This document shows, piece by piece, positions 55,934 to 64,000 of a stretch of DNA of 64,000 bases (positions are counted from its first letter, which is position 1; each line of letters opens with the position of its first letter). The position numbers and the translations under genes are program-made. Source of the stretch: an uncultured Candidatus Saccharibacteria bacterium (GTDB taxonomy: Bacteria; Patescibacteriota; Doudnabacteria; UBA920; 2-01-FULL-46-14); contig CAYNFS010000003.1 of NCBI GenBank assembly GCA_964396685.1, positions 110-64,109 of the forward strand, written 5' to 3'. The notes below the pieces were generated by a model that saw only the letters and a list, made by a program, of their open reading frames with translations, was not told where the DNA came from and searched no databases.

Positions 55934-58900
55934 ATGATCATCAAAACACACGAACTGCTCAAGATTCCTTCCAGCAAAAGCGCTTCTTTGAGGCGGAAAC
56001 GTTTTGGCGGAATCGAAGATATAATGGAGCTCCCGAATCTCATAGAGATTCAGACCCAGTCCTACCGCTGGTTTTTCGAAAAGGGACTTAAAGAACTTTT
56101 TGGAGAAATTAATCCGATCAGGGATTTTACGGGGAAAAACCTGGAGCTTAATTTTGGACAGTACTTTTTGGATAAGCCAAAGTTCAGCGAGCTTACCGCA
56201 AAGGAGCGGAATACAACTTATGAGGCTCCCTTGTATGTGCAGGTCAAGCTTGTAAATAAAGCTAAAAACAAGACTAAGACGCAAGACGTCTATCTAGGCG
56301 ATTTTCCGTTAATGACTAACCGGGGGACTTTTGTGATAAATGGCGTAGAGAGAGTCGTGGTATCGCAGCTTATCAAATCGCCTGGAGTATTTTTCAGCGC
56401 CGTTTATGCGCGGGGTCGGAATTGGTACGGAGCCAAAATTATCCCCAATCGCGGCGCTTGGCTTGAATTCGACACCGATCTGAATGGCGTGATTGGAGTA
56501 AAGATTGACCGCAAGCGGCGCATTCCTGTGACTGCTCTCCTGCGGGTGTTTGGACTGGCTTCTGATGAAGAGATTCTGGCGACTTTCGCCGACATTGATA
56601 CCAACCCAGACCTCAAATATATACAAAATACCCTGGAGAAAGATTCTGCAAAGAATGCGGACGAAGGGTTCAAAGAGGTTTACAAACGTATCCGGCCGGG
56701 AGATTTGGCCACAGTCGACAATGCCCGTTCTTTGATTGAAGCAATGTTTTTCAACTTTGACCGGTACGATTTATCGCCAGTAGGTCGCTATAAGTTTAAT
56801 CAACGGCTTAACATTCCCGCCGAGCGCGGTGAGCAGCGAATTCTCACGAAAGATGATTTGATAAAAGCTGTTAGGGAAATTGTGAGACTTAACAGTACAC
56901 AGGAGCCGTCGGATGACATCGATCACCTTGCCAACCGTCGGGTTCGGGCCGTGGGAGAGCTTATTCAGGCCAAGTTCCGCGTGGGGCTGGCGCGGATGAG
57001 CCGAATTGCCAAGGATCGCATGAGCTTGGCAGACTTGGAAACAGTCAGCCCGGCCCAGCTCATTCACGTGCGGCCGATCGTGGCTGTTCTTCAGGAATTT
57101 TTCTCATCTTCGCAACTTTCCCAATTCATGGACCAGACCAACCCTTTGGCAGAGCTTGAGCATAAGAGGCGGCTTTCGGCCATGGGACCGGGAGGACTCT
57201 CCCGTGAGCGCGCCGGATTTGAGGTCAGAGATGTGCACCGCTCGCACTACGGCAGGCTTTGTCCGATTACCACACCGGAAGGTCCAAACATCGGCTTGGT
57301 AGCGCACCTGGCAACCTATGCGAGACTTAACGAGTTTGGATTCATAGAGACGCCGTACCGCAAAGTGGTCAAAGAAACAGATGACCGCCGGCGCGCAACA
57401 GACGAGATTGTCTACCTTGATGCGTTTGAGGAAAGCCAGTACGTTATTGCTCAGGCCAATACTCGGATTGATAAAGATGGTTATTTTTCAGAGGAACGAG
57501 TGCCGGTGCGAGTGCACGGCGAACCTTCTATCGCCTCAACGTCCAAGATAGACTTTATGGATGTTTCTCCGAAGCAAATCGTATCAGTGACAACTTCCCT
57601 TATTCCTTTCCTGGAGCATGATGACGCCAACCGCGCCCTTATGGGTTCCAACATGCAGCGGCAAGCAGTACCTTGCATTCGCCCCCAGGCTCCCATTGTG
57701 GGGACCGGCGTCGAAGAGCGGACTGCTTTTGATTCCGGGCAAATCGTGATTTGCGAAGGATCAGGAACTGTACATTCCGTCGGCGGAGAAAAAATTGTGA
57801 TTTTGGAAGATGAAGGAACAAAGCGGGAGTATATGCTGAAAAAGTTTTTGCGCTCCAACACCTCAACCAGCATAAACCAGAAACCGATTGTCAGAAAAGG
57901 CGACAGGGTTTTGCGCGGGCAGGCTTTGGCCGACGGGCCTGCCACCGAGTTCGGAGAATTGGCGCTTGGGCAAAATGTTTTGGTCGCCTTTATCTCCTGG
58001 AGCGGATACAATTATGAGGACGCTGTCATCATATCTTCCAGGCTTTTGCAGGATGACCGTTACAGCTCAATCCACATCGAGGATTTTAAAGTAGATGTGA
58101 GGGACACCAAGTTGGGCCCCGAGATTGTGACCCGCGATATCCCCAATGTTGGTGAGGAAAAACTTAAAGATTTGGACGAGTCTGGCGTTGTCCGGATTGG
58201 CGCGCAGGTCAAGGCCGGCGATATTCTCGTGGGCAAAATTACCCCAAAAGGAGAGACCGATCTTACAGCGGAGGAAAAACTTTTGCGGGTGATTTTTGGA
58301 GAGAAAGCGCGCGATGTCAAAGATACTTCTTTGACCCTTCCTCATGGAGAGTACGGCAAAGTGGTAAATATCAGGGAATTTTCCCGCGAAAAAGGCGATA
58401 AGCTGCCTTCCGGAGTCATTCGGTCCATACAAGTTTCGGTTGCGGTAGTCAGGAAAATTTCCATGGGCGACAAAATGGCTGGCCGGCACGGGAATAAGGG
58501 AGTAATTTCCAAGATCGTCCCGGTTGAGGATATGCCGTTTATGGCTGACGGGACGCCGGTGGACATTATCTTGAATCCCTTGGGAGTTGCTTCCCGCATG
58601 AATTTGGGACAAATTCTGGAAACCCACTTGGGATTGGCCGCTCATAAATCGGGTTACAAAGCCGCAAGTCCTGTACTAGACGGAGTGCGAGAAAACCTTA
58701 TCAGGCAGGAACTTAAGCAGGCTGGGTATCCGGAAGACGGAAAGGTGGCGCTGTACGACGGTCGCAACGGCGCTCCCTTTGAGTCCAAAGTGACCGTGGG
58801 ATATATCTATATGATGAAGCTTCATCACTTAGTGGATGACAAGATGCACGCCCGCTCCACCGGGCCTTACTCTTTAATCACGCAGCAGCCTTTGGGTGGC

Positions 58901-59254
58901 AAGGCGCAGTTCGGCGGGCAACGTTTCGGCGAAATGGAAGTCTGGGCCTTGGAAGGCTATGGCGCGGCTCATACCTTGCAAGAGATGCTGACCATCAAAT
59001 CCGACGATGTCGTAGGCAGAAGCAAAACTTACGAATCTATTGTGAAGGGCGAGCCTATTAAAACGCCCAATGTGCCGGAATCCTTCCGGGTCTTAGTCAA
59101 AGAGCTTGAGTCTTTGTGCTTGGACGTATCTCTGGTTGGCGAAGAAGAAAAAGAACGAGATCAAGAAGGCGAAATCGGCGAGTTAACCACTCCCGAGCAG
59201 GAGGCACCAAAACAATATCCAGAAGAAAAAGCTAAAGAAAAAGCCCGAGCTTAA
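55934..59254 (+). CDS. rpoB: RNA polymerase beta subunit
   Basis: [49 protein letters not shown]; promoter TTGACA..TACTAT at 55820-55847. Confidence 0.99.
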   Translation: MIIKTHELLKIPSSKSASLRRKRFGGIEDIMELPNLIEIQTQSYRWFFEKGLKELFGEINPIRDFTGKNLELNFGQYFLDKPKFSELTAKERNTTYEAPLYVQVKLVNKAKNKTKTQDVYLGDFPLMTNRGTFVINGVERVVVSQLIKSPGVFFSAVYARGRNWYGAKIIPNRGAWLEFDTDLNGVIGVKIDRKRRIPVTALLRVFGLASDEEILATFADIDTNPDLKYIQNTLEKDSAKNADEGFKEVYKRIRPGDLATVDNARSLIEAMFFNFDRYDLSPVGRYKFNQRLNIPAERGEQRILTKDDLIKAVREIVRLNSTQEPSDDIDHLANRRVRAVGELIQAKFRVGLARMSRIAKDRMSLADLETVSPAQLIHVRPIVAVLQEFFSSSQLSQFMDQTNPLAELEHKRRLSAMGPGGLSRERAGFEVRDVHRSHYGRLCPITTPEGPNIGLVAHLATYARLNEFGFIETPYRKVVKETDDRRRATDEIVYLDAFEESQYVIAQANTRIDKDGYFSEERVPVRVHGEPSIASTSKIDFMDVSPKQIVSVTTSLIPFLEHDDANRALMGSNMQRQAVPCIRPQAPIVGTGVEERTAFDSGQIVICEGSGTVHSVGGEKIVILEDEGTKREYMLKKFLRSNTSTSINQKPIVRKGDRVLRGQALADGPATEFGELALGQNVLVAFISWSGYNYEDAVIISSRLLQDDRYSSIHIEDFKVDVRDTKLGPEIVTRDIPNVGEEKLKDLDESGVVRIGAQVKAGDILVGKITPKGETDLTAEEKLLRVIFGEKARDVKDTSLTLPHGEYGKVVNIREFSREKGDKLPSGVIRSIQVSVAVVRKISMGDKMAGRHGNKGVISKIVPVEDMPFMADGTPVDIILNPLGVASRMNLGQILETHLGLAAHKSGYKAASPVLDGVRENLIRQELKQAGYPEDGKVALYDGRNGAPFESKVTVGYIYMMKLHHLVDDKMHARSTGPYSLITQQPLGGKAQFGGQRFGEMEVWALEGYGAAHTLQEMLTIKSDDVVGRSKTYESIVKGEPIKTPNVPESFRVLVKELESLCLDVSLVGEEEKERDQEGEIGELTTPEQEAPKQYPEEKAKEKARA

Positions 59255-59273
59255 TTACTAACTTTGCTTTTCA

Positions 59274-62200
59274 ATGTTTCAGAAGACTTCTGAATTTAAG
59301 GCTGTACAATTAAAGCTTGCTTCCGCCGAGCAGGTTTTAGAGTGGTCTTATGGAGAGGTAACCAAACCGGAGACTATTAATTACCGAACGCAGCGCCCCG
59401 AAAAAGACGGGTTATTTGACGAAAAGATTTTTGGGCCCGTCAAAGACTGGGAGTGCTACTGCGGCAAGTACAAACGGATTCGTTACAAAGGGATAATTTG
59501 CGACAAGTGCGGAGTCGAGGTAACACGCGCCCAAGTGCGGCGCGAGCGGATGGGGCATATCAAACTTGCAGTGCCCGTTGCTCATATCTGGTTTTTGCGG
59601 GGAGTGCCTTCCCGTTTGGGGTTAATTTTGAATTTATCAGTCCAAGAGCTGGAAAAAGTGGTCTATTTTGCCGCCTACATCATTACCCAAGTCAAAGAAG
59701 ATTTGGTAGCTGAAACCTTGGCCCAGATTGAAAAGGAATACAAGATCAAACATCGAGAGATTGAAACCCGCCATGAGAAATTGCGCGCCAAAGCCAAAGA
59801 GGATGCCGCCAGACTCGCGGAAAATATGCAGCACGAGCTTGCGGGCCTAGACAAGATTCGCGAGCTTGCGCGCACAGAGCTTCGCTCACTCAAGAAAATG
59901 CAGGTGATTTCAGAGCTCGAATACCGCGATTTGTCTCTTAAATATGGCCCCGTATTCAAAGCGGGCATTGGCGCCGAAGCCGTTTATCAGCTGGTTAAAG
60001 AAATTGATCTGGAAAAATTAATCGTTGAGCTCGAACAGGAGCTCAAAACCGCCGAAGGAGCAGTAAGGCGCAAACTCATCAAACGGTTAAAGCTTGCCAA
60101 GTCTCTCCTCAAAGGGGGGATGCGGCCGGAATGGATGCTGATTTTTGCACTGCCGGTCATCCCGCCGGACTTGCGCCCGATGGTGCAATTGGATGGGGGA
60201 CGGTTTGCCGCCTCCGACCTTAATGATTTATACCGGCGGGTGATTAATCGCAATAACCGTCTCAAGAGGCTTCTGGAGATCAACGCTCCAGAAGTTATCA
60301 CCCGAAACGAGAAGCGCATGTTGCAGGAAGCGGTTGATGCCTTGATTGACAATTCCATTCGGCACGGCAAAGAAGTAACGGCTTCCACCGGCCAGCGCCG
60401 GAAGCTCCGTTCGCTTGCCGACATGCTTAAAGGCAAACAGGGGAGGTTTCGGCAGAATTTGCTCGGCAAACGGGTTGACTACTCCGGCCGGTCGGTAATC
60501 GTGGTCGGTCCGGAACTTAAACTTCACCAGTGCGGTTTGCCAAAGCGCATGGCCTTGGAGCTTTTTAAGCCATTTGTGATTTCGAAATTAATTTCCCGCG
60601 AGTTTGCGCACAATGTGCGTTCGGCAAACAGACTCATTGAACAGGAGCGCGCTGAGGTTTATGACATTTTGGAAGAGGTTACCCGCGACCACTTTGTGCT
60701 TTTGAACAGAGCGCCGACGTTGCACCGCCTAGGCTTTCAGGCTTTTCAACCCGTACTCATTGAGGGCAAAGCGATTCAGATTCATCCCATGGTTTGCCAG
60801 GCCTTTAATGCGGATTTCGACGGAGATCAGATGGCGGTACACGTGCCGCTCACCTCGCAAGCCCAATATGAAGCCAAAGAGATGATGGTATCTTCGCACA
60901 ATCTTTTGAAGCCCGCTTCTGGAGAGCCGATCATGACCCCGGACAAAGACGTCGTGCTCGGCTGCTACTACATTACCCAAATGCAGGATGGACAAAAGGG
61001 CGAAGGCAAGATATTCAGCAGTTTCAGGGAAGCAATTTTGGCCTATCAGTCAGAACATTTATCGGTAAGGGCAAAAATTAAAGTCCGAGATGACGGGGAG
61101 AAGAAACTTATTGAGACCTGCGTGGGGCGGATTTTATTTAACGAGCTCCTGCCGGAGGATCTGCGATTTATCAACGAAGTGATGGAAAAGAAGCGCTTGC
61201 GGCAGGTTTTGCGGGCCTGCTATCGGCAGTATGGCAACGAACGCACCGCGCTTCTCATTGACGATATAAAAAATATCGGATTTGGGCATCTGACGAGCTC
61301 GGGATTATCATGGGGGATGGATGACCTGCGCGTTCCCGAAATCAAGCTCAAACTTTTGCAGGAAGCCGACTTGGAAGTCCAAAAAACTTATGAACAATAT
61401 CAAGAGGGACTTTTGACCGAGTCAGAGCGATACAACCGGGTGGTGGAAATTTGGGCGGAAGTAAGAGACAAGGTCACTGACGCGGTAACCAAATCTCTGG
61501 ATCCCCACGGGCCTGTCTATTCCATGGTGATTTCAGGTGCCCGCGGCTCGCTCTCTCAAGTGTCCCAGATGACCGGGATGAAAGGCTTGGTTGTGAATCC
61601 GGCAGGCGATGTTATTGAGCTGCCGGTGCGGGACAGTTTCAAAGAAGGATTGAGCATTTTGGAATATTTTATTTCCACTCACGGCTCGCGCAAAGGGATG
61701 AGCGACACGGCGTTGCGCACCGCTGACGCGGGATATTTGACGCGACGGCTGGTGGATGTGGCGCAGGACGTGGTGATCAATGCCGAGGATTGCGGAACCA
61801 AGGATGGAATTGTGATCGCGAGACGGTACAGCGAGGAAATGAACAAATCTTTGGGCGAGCGTTTATTCGGGCGAGTGCCCGCCCAAGATGTGCTCGATCC
61901 CAAAACCAGAAAGGTTTTGGTAAGGCGCGGGCAAGTTGTGGATGACGGCCTGGCCGAGGTTTTAGAAAAAAGCGGGGTGGGAGAAGTGGCGGTTCGTTCC
62001 GTATTGCATTGCAAACTTAAGCGCGGCATCTGTGCTGCTTGTTACGGGTTTGATTTGGGGTATAACGAAATGGTGAAATTGGGTGCGGCTGTGGGGATCG
62101 TTGCGGCTCAAGCCATCGGCGAACCGGGAACGCAGCTTACCATGCGCACTTTTCACACGGGGGGCGTAGCCGGCTTGGACATCACTCAAGGGTTGCCCCG

Positions 62201-63125
62201 CGTTGAGGAGCTGTTCGAAGCCCGGGATCCAAAGGGGCAGGCAGTACTTGCGGAAATCGACGGCATAGTCTATATTTCGCGGCCTTCTTCAAAGGAGACG
62301 GTCTTGCGTATTGAGACACAGGATATTCAAAAAGACGAATATCTGCTTCCGGCTGGCCGGCCTGCCACCATCACCGATGGCGAGAAGGTCAAAAAGGGAG
62401 ACCCGATTTTGATTGATGAGAGAGGCCAGAGCGTCAAAGCGAAGAATTCGGGAATTGTAAAGCTTGAAGCGATGTCAGATGGCCAAAAAAAGGTCGTGGT
62501 GATAAGGGAGGCGGAAAATTTTAGAGAATACACGGTGCCGGCAGGCATACGCGTGGTAGTCAAAGATGGTGATTTGGTGACAAAAGGCCAGCAACTGACT
62601 GAAGGCAACTTTAATCTTCATCAGCTTATGGCGCTTAAGTCTGTGGAAGAATGCCAAAATTACATTATTAAAGAAGTGCAGGCCATTTATTCCTCGCAAG
62701 GGCAGAATATCTCGGACAAGCATATCGAAATTATCGTCCGCCAGATGTTTGGCAAATTGCGCGTTGTTGATCCGGGCGATTCTGAATTTTTGGTCGGCGA
62801 CGTGGCGGACCGACTCCGATTAGACGAAGTCAACAAAAAGCTGGGTAAAAAAGGGGAAAGGAAAGTTCAGGCCGAACAGTTGCTTTTGGGGATTACAAAA
62901 GCCGCGCTTAATACCGAATCATTTCTGGCGGCGGCTTCTTTTCAGGAGACGACAAGGGTGCTGATTGAGGCTGCGGTGACCGCAAAGAGCGATTATTTGC
63001 GCGGACTTAAGGAAAACGTGATTATCGGCAAACTCATTCCCGCCGGCACCGGTTTTAGCAAAGAGCGATTGCTTCAAAGCGAAGGTGAAATCGCCGCGAG
63101 CGAGCTTGTGACCGGCGAAGAATAA
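59274..63125 (+). CDS. rpoC: RNA polymerase beta' subunit
   Basis: NADFDGD, GKRVDYSGRS, GEPGTQLTMRTFH, SFQETT. Confidence 0.99.
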   Translation: MFQKTSEFKAVQLKLASAEQVLEWSYGEVTKPETINYRTQRPEKDGLFDEKIFGPVKDWECYCGKYKRIRYKGIICDKCGVEVTRAQVRRERMGHIKLAVPVAHIWFLRGVPSRLGLILNLSVQELEKVVYFAAYIITQVKEDLVAETLAQIEKEYKIKHREIETRHEKLRAKAKEDAARLAENMQHELAGLDKIRELARTELRSLKKMQVISELEYRDLSLKYGPVFKAGIGAEAVYQLVKEIDLEKLIVELEQELKTAEGAVRRKLIKRLKLAKSLLKGGMRPEWMLIFALPVIPPDLRPMVQLDGGRFAASDLNDLYRRVINRNNRLKRLLEINAPEVITRNEKRMLQEAVDALIDNSIRHGKEVTASTGQRRKLRSLADMLKGKQGRFRQNLLGKRVDYSGRSVIVVGPELKLHQCGLPKRMALELFKPFVISKLISREFAHNVRSANRLIEQERAEVYDILEEVTRDHFVLLNRAPTLHRLGFQAFQPVLIEGKAIQIHPMVCQAFNADFDGDQMAVHVPLTSQAQYEAKEMMVSSHNLLKPASGEPIMTPDKDVVLGCYYITQMQDGQKGEGKIFSSFREAILAYQSEHLSVRAKIKVRDDGEKKLIETCVGRILFNELLPEDLRFINEVMEKKRLRQVLRACYRQYGNERTALLIDDIKNIGFGHLTSSGLSWGMDDLRVPEIKLKLLQEADLEVQKTYEQYQEGLLTESERYNRVVEIWAEVRDKVTDAVTKSLDPHGPVYSMVISGARGSLSQVSQMTGMKGLVVNPAGDVIELPVRDSFKEGLSILEYFISTHGSRKGMSDTALRTADAGYLTRRLVDVAQDVVINAEDCGTKDGIVIARRYSEEMNKSLGERLFGRVPAQDVLDPKTRKVLVRRGQVVDDGLAEVLEKSGVGEVAVRSVLHCKLKRGICAACYGFDLGYNEMVKLGAAVGIVAAQAIGEPGTQLTMRTFHTGGVAGLDITQGLPRVEELFEARDPKGQAVLAEIDGIVYISRPSSKETVLRIETQDIQKDEYLLPAGRPATITDGEKVKKGDPILIDERGQSVKAKNSGIVKLEAMSDGQKKVVVIREAENFREYTVPAGIRVVVKDGDLVTKGQQLTEGNFNLHQLMALKSVEECQNYIIKEVQAIYSSQGQNISDKHIEIIVRQMFGKLRVVDPGDSEFLVGDVADRLRLDEVNKKLGKKGERKVQAEQLLLGITKAALNTESFLAAASFQETTRVLIEAAVTAKSDYLRGLKENVIIGKLIPAGTGFSKERLLQSEGEIAASELVTGEE

Positions 63126-63134
63126 AAAGGGTGT

Positions 63135-64000
63135 TTATTTTAACGATCTGATTTTGCCTGCAAGCTTTTCAGCGCGCAGTTTGGTTGTTTGGTAATCAGT
63201 TTTTAGTTTTTCCACGACCTCGGCAGGCGCTTTTTTGAGAAAATCTTTTTTTTCAAGCTGGGCAGAGAGTCGTTCAATTAGCCCGCTTGTTTCCTTGAGC
63301 TCTTTTTCGGTAAGAGCTTTTTCTTTCTTGGGATCAAAATCGGGAATGACGAGATAAACTTTTGTATCTTGCCAAATGAAATAGGGCATTTTCTTGTCTG
63401 ACGGCATGGAAGCAAAATTGATTTTCACGCGGGCAAGTTTTTCGATAACGGCTGCTTGGTCTTGAATCCAGGAGAGATTTTTGGAAAGTTCCAGATAGCA
63501 GGCGTAAATTTGGGCCGGATCCTGGCGGTATTCCGAGCGCAGGTTGCGCAAGCCCGTGATCAGGGATTGGAGTTTGGGAAAGCCAGCTTGTAGTTTGTAG
63601 TTTGCAGTTTGCAGTTTTGGGGGAAGGGGATATTCCTGAATCATTAAAAAGTCATCTGAAATTTGCAACCAGATATGCTCTGTCACAAACGGGATAAAAG
63701 GGTGCCAGAGTTTAAGCAATGTTTGCAAGATGTGTTGAAGGATTGCCCGAGTGGCGGTTGGGTCCCCGCCTCCGCGGGGATGCCGATTAAGCGCCATTTT
63801 TGATATTTCCAGATACCAGTCTGCGAGTTCGTGCCAGGTGAATTCGTAGAGGTTCTCCACGCTTTGCGAAAATTCGTATTTTTCCATGTTAACGTTGTTT
63901 TGTTTTATGAGTTCGGCAAGTCTTGAAAGGATCCATTCATCAGCCACGGTTTTGGATTTCAGGTCCTTAATCTGCGATCTCGAATCTTTAATCTGTTCTA
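63135..64000 (-). CDS. valS: valyl-tRNA synthetase, C-terminal part (5' end outside the window)
   Basis: DEWILSRL, FTWHELADWYLE, LWHPFIPFVTEHIW, FLKKAPAEVVEK. Confidence 0.93.
   Translation of the reverse strand, partial: EQIKDSRSQIKDLKSKTVADEWILSRLAELIKQNNVNMEKYEFSQSVENLYEFTWHELADWYLEISKMALNRHPRGGGDPTATRAILQHILQTLLKLWHPFIPFVTEHIWLQISDDFLMIQEYPLPPKLQTANYKLQAGFPKLQSLITGLRNLRSEYRQDPAQIYACYLELSKNLSWIQDQAAVIEKLARVKINFASMPSDKKMPYFIWQDTKVYLVIPDFDPKKEKALTEKELKETSGLIERLSAQLEKKDFLKKAPAEVVEKLKTDYQTTKLRAEKLAGKIRSLK

Noticed and set aside
55910-62723. Numerous 60-190 aa antisense or alternate-frame ORFs over rpoB/rpoC and other core genes
   Set aside because: Shadow ORFs of well-supported genes with no motifs of their own

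Overview
Core chromosome around the replication origin of a small-genome bacterium. Gene content and repeat families point to CPR/Patescibacteria (inference). Housekeeping backbone: rpsA, gyrA, ruvC/ruvB, tyrS, PBP1a, jag-yidC-yidD-rnpA-rpmH / dnaA-dnaN-recF, pepA, a PilB-like ATPase, a tkt-glpX-aldolase-tal-pgi sugar operon, rpoBC and valS. Structure not shown by the ORF track: (1) two tandem Tyr-rich leader-peptide attenuators upstream of a prephenate dehydrogenase, within a tyrosine-centred island that also has a ThiH-like radical SAM gene and tyrS; (2) a decayed diversity-generating retroelement (intact target gene with an adenine-depleted variable region, avd and RT pseudogene fragments, no template repeat found); (3) gene cassettes delimited by direct repeats, including both hicBA modules; (4) several families of palindromic and heptamer repeats, many translated in frame inside core enzymes; (5) a tRNA with a UAU anticodon; (6) many apparently leaderless genes. 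All calls are by eye from motifs; no database searches were run.
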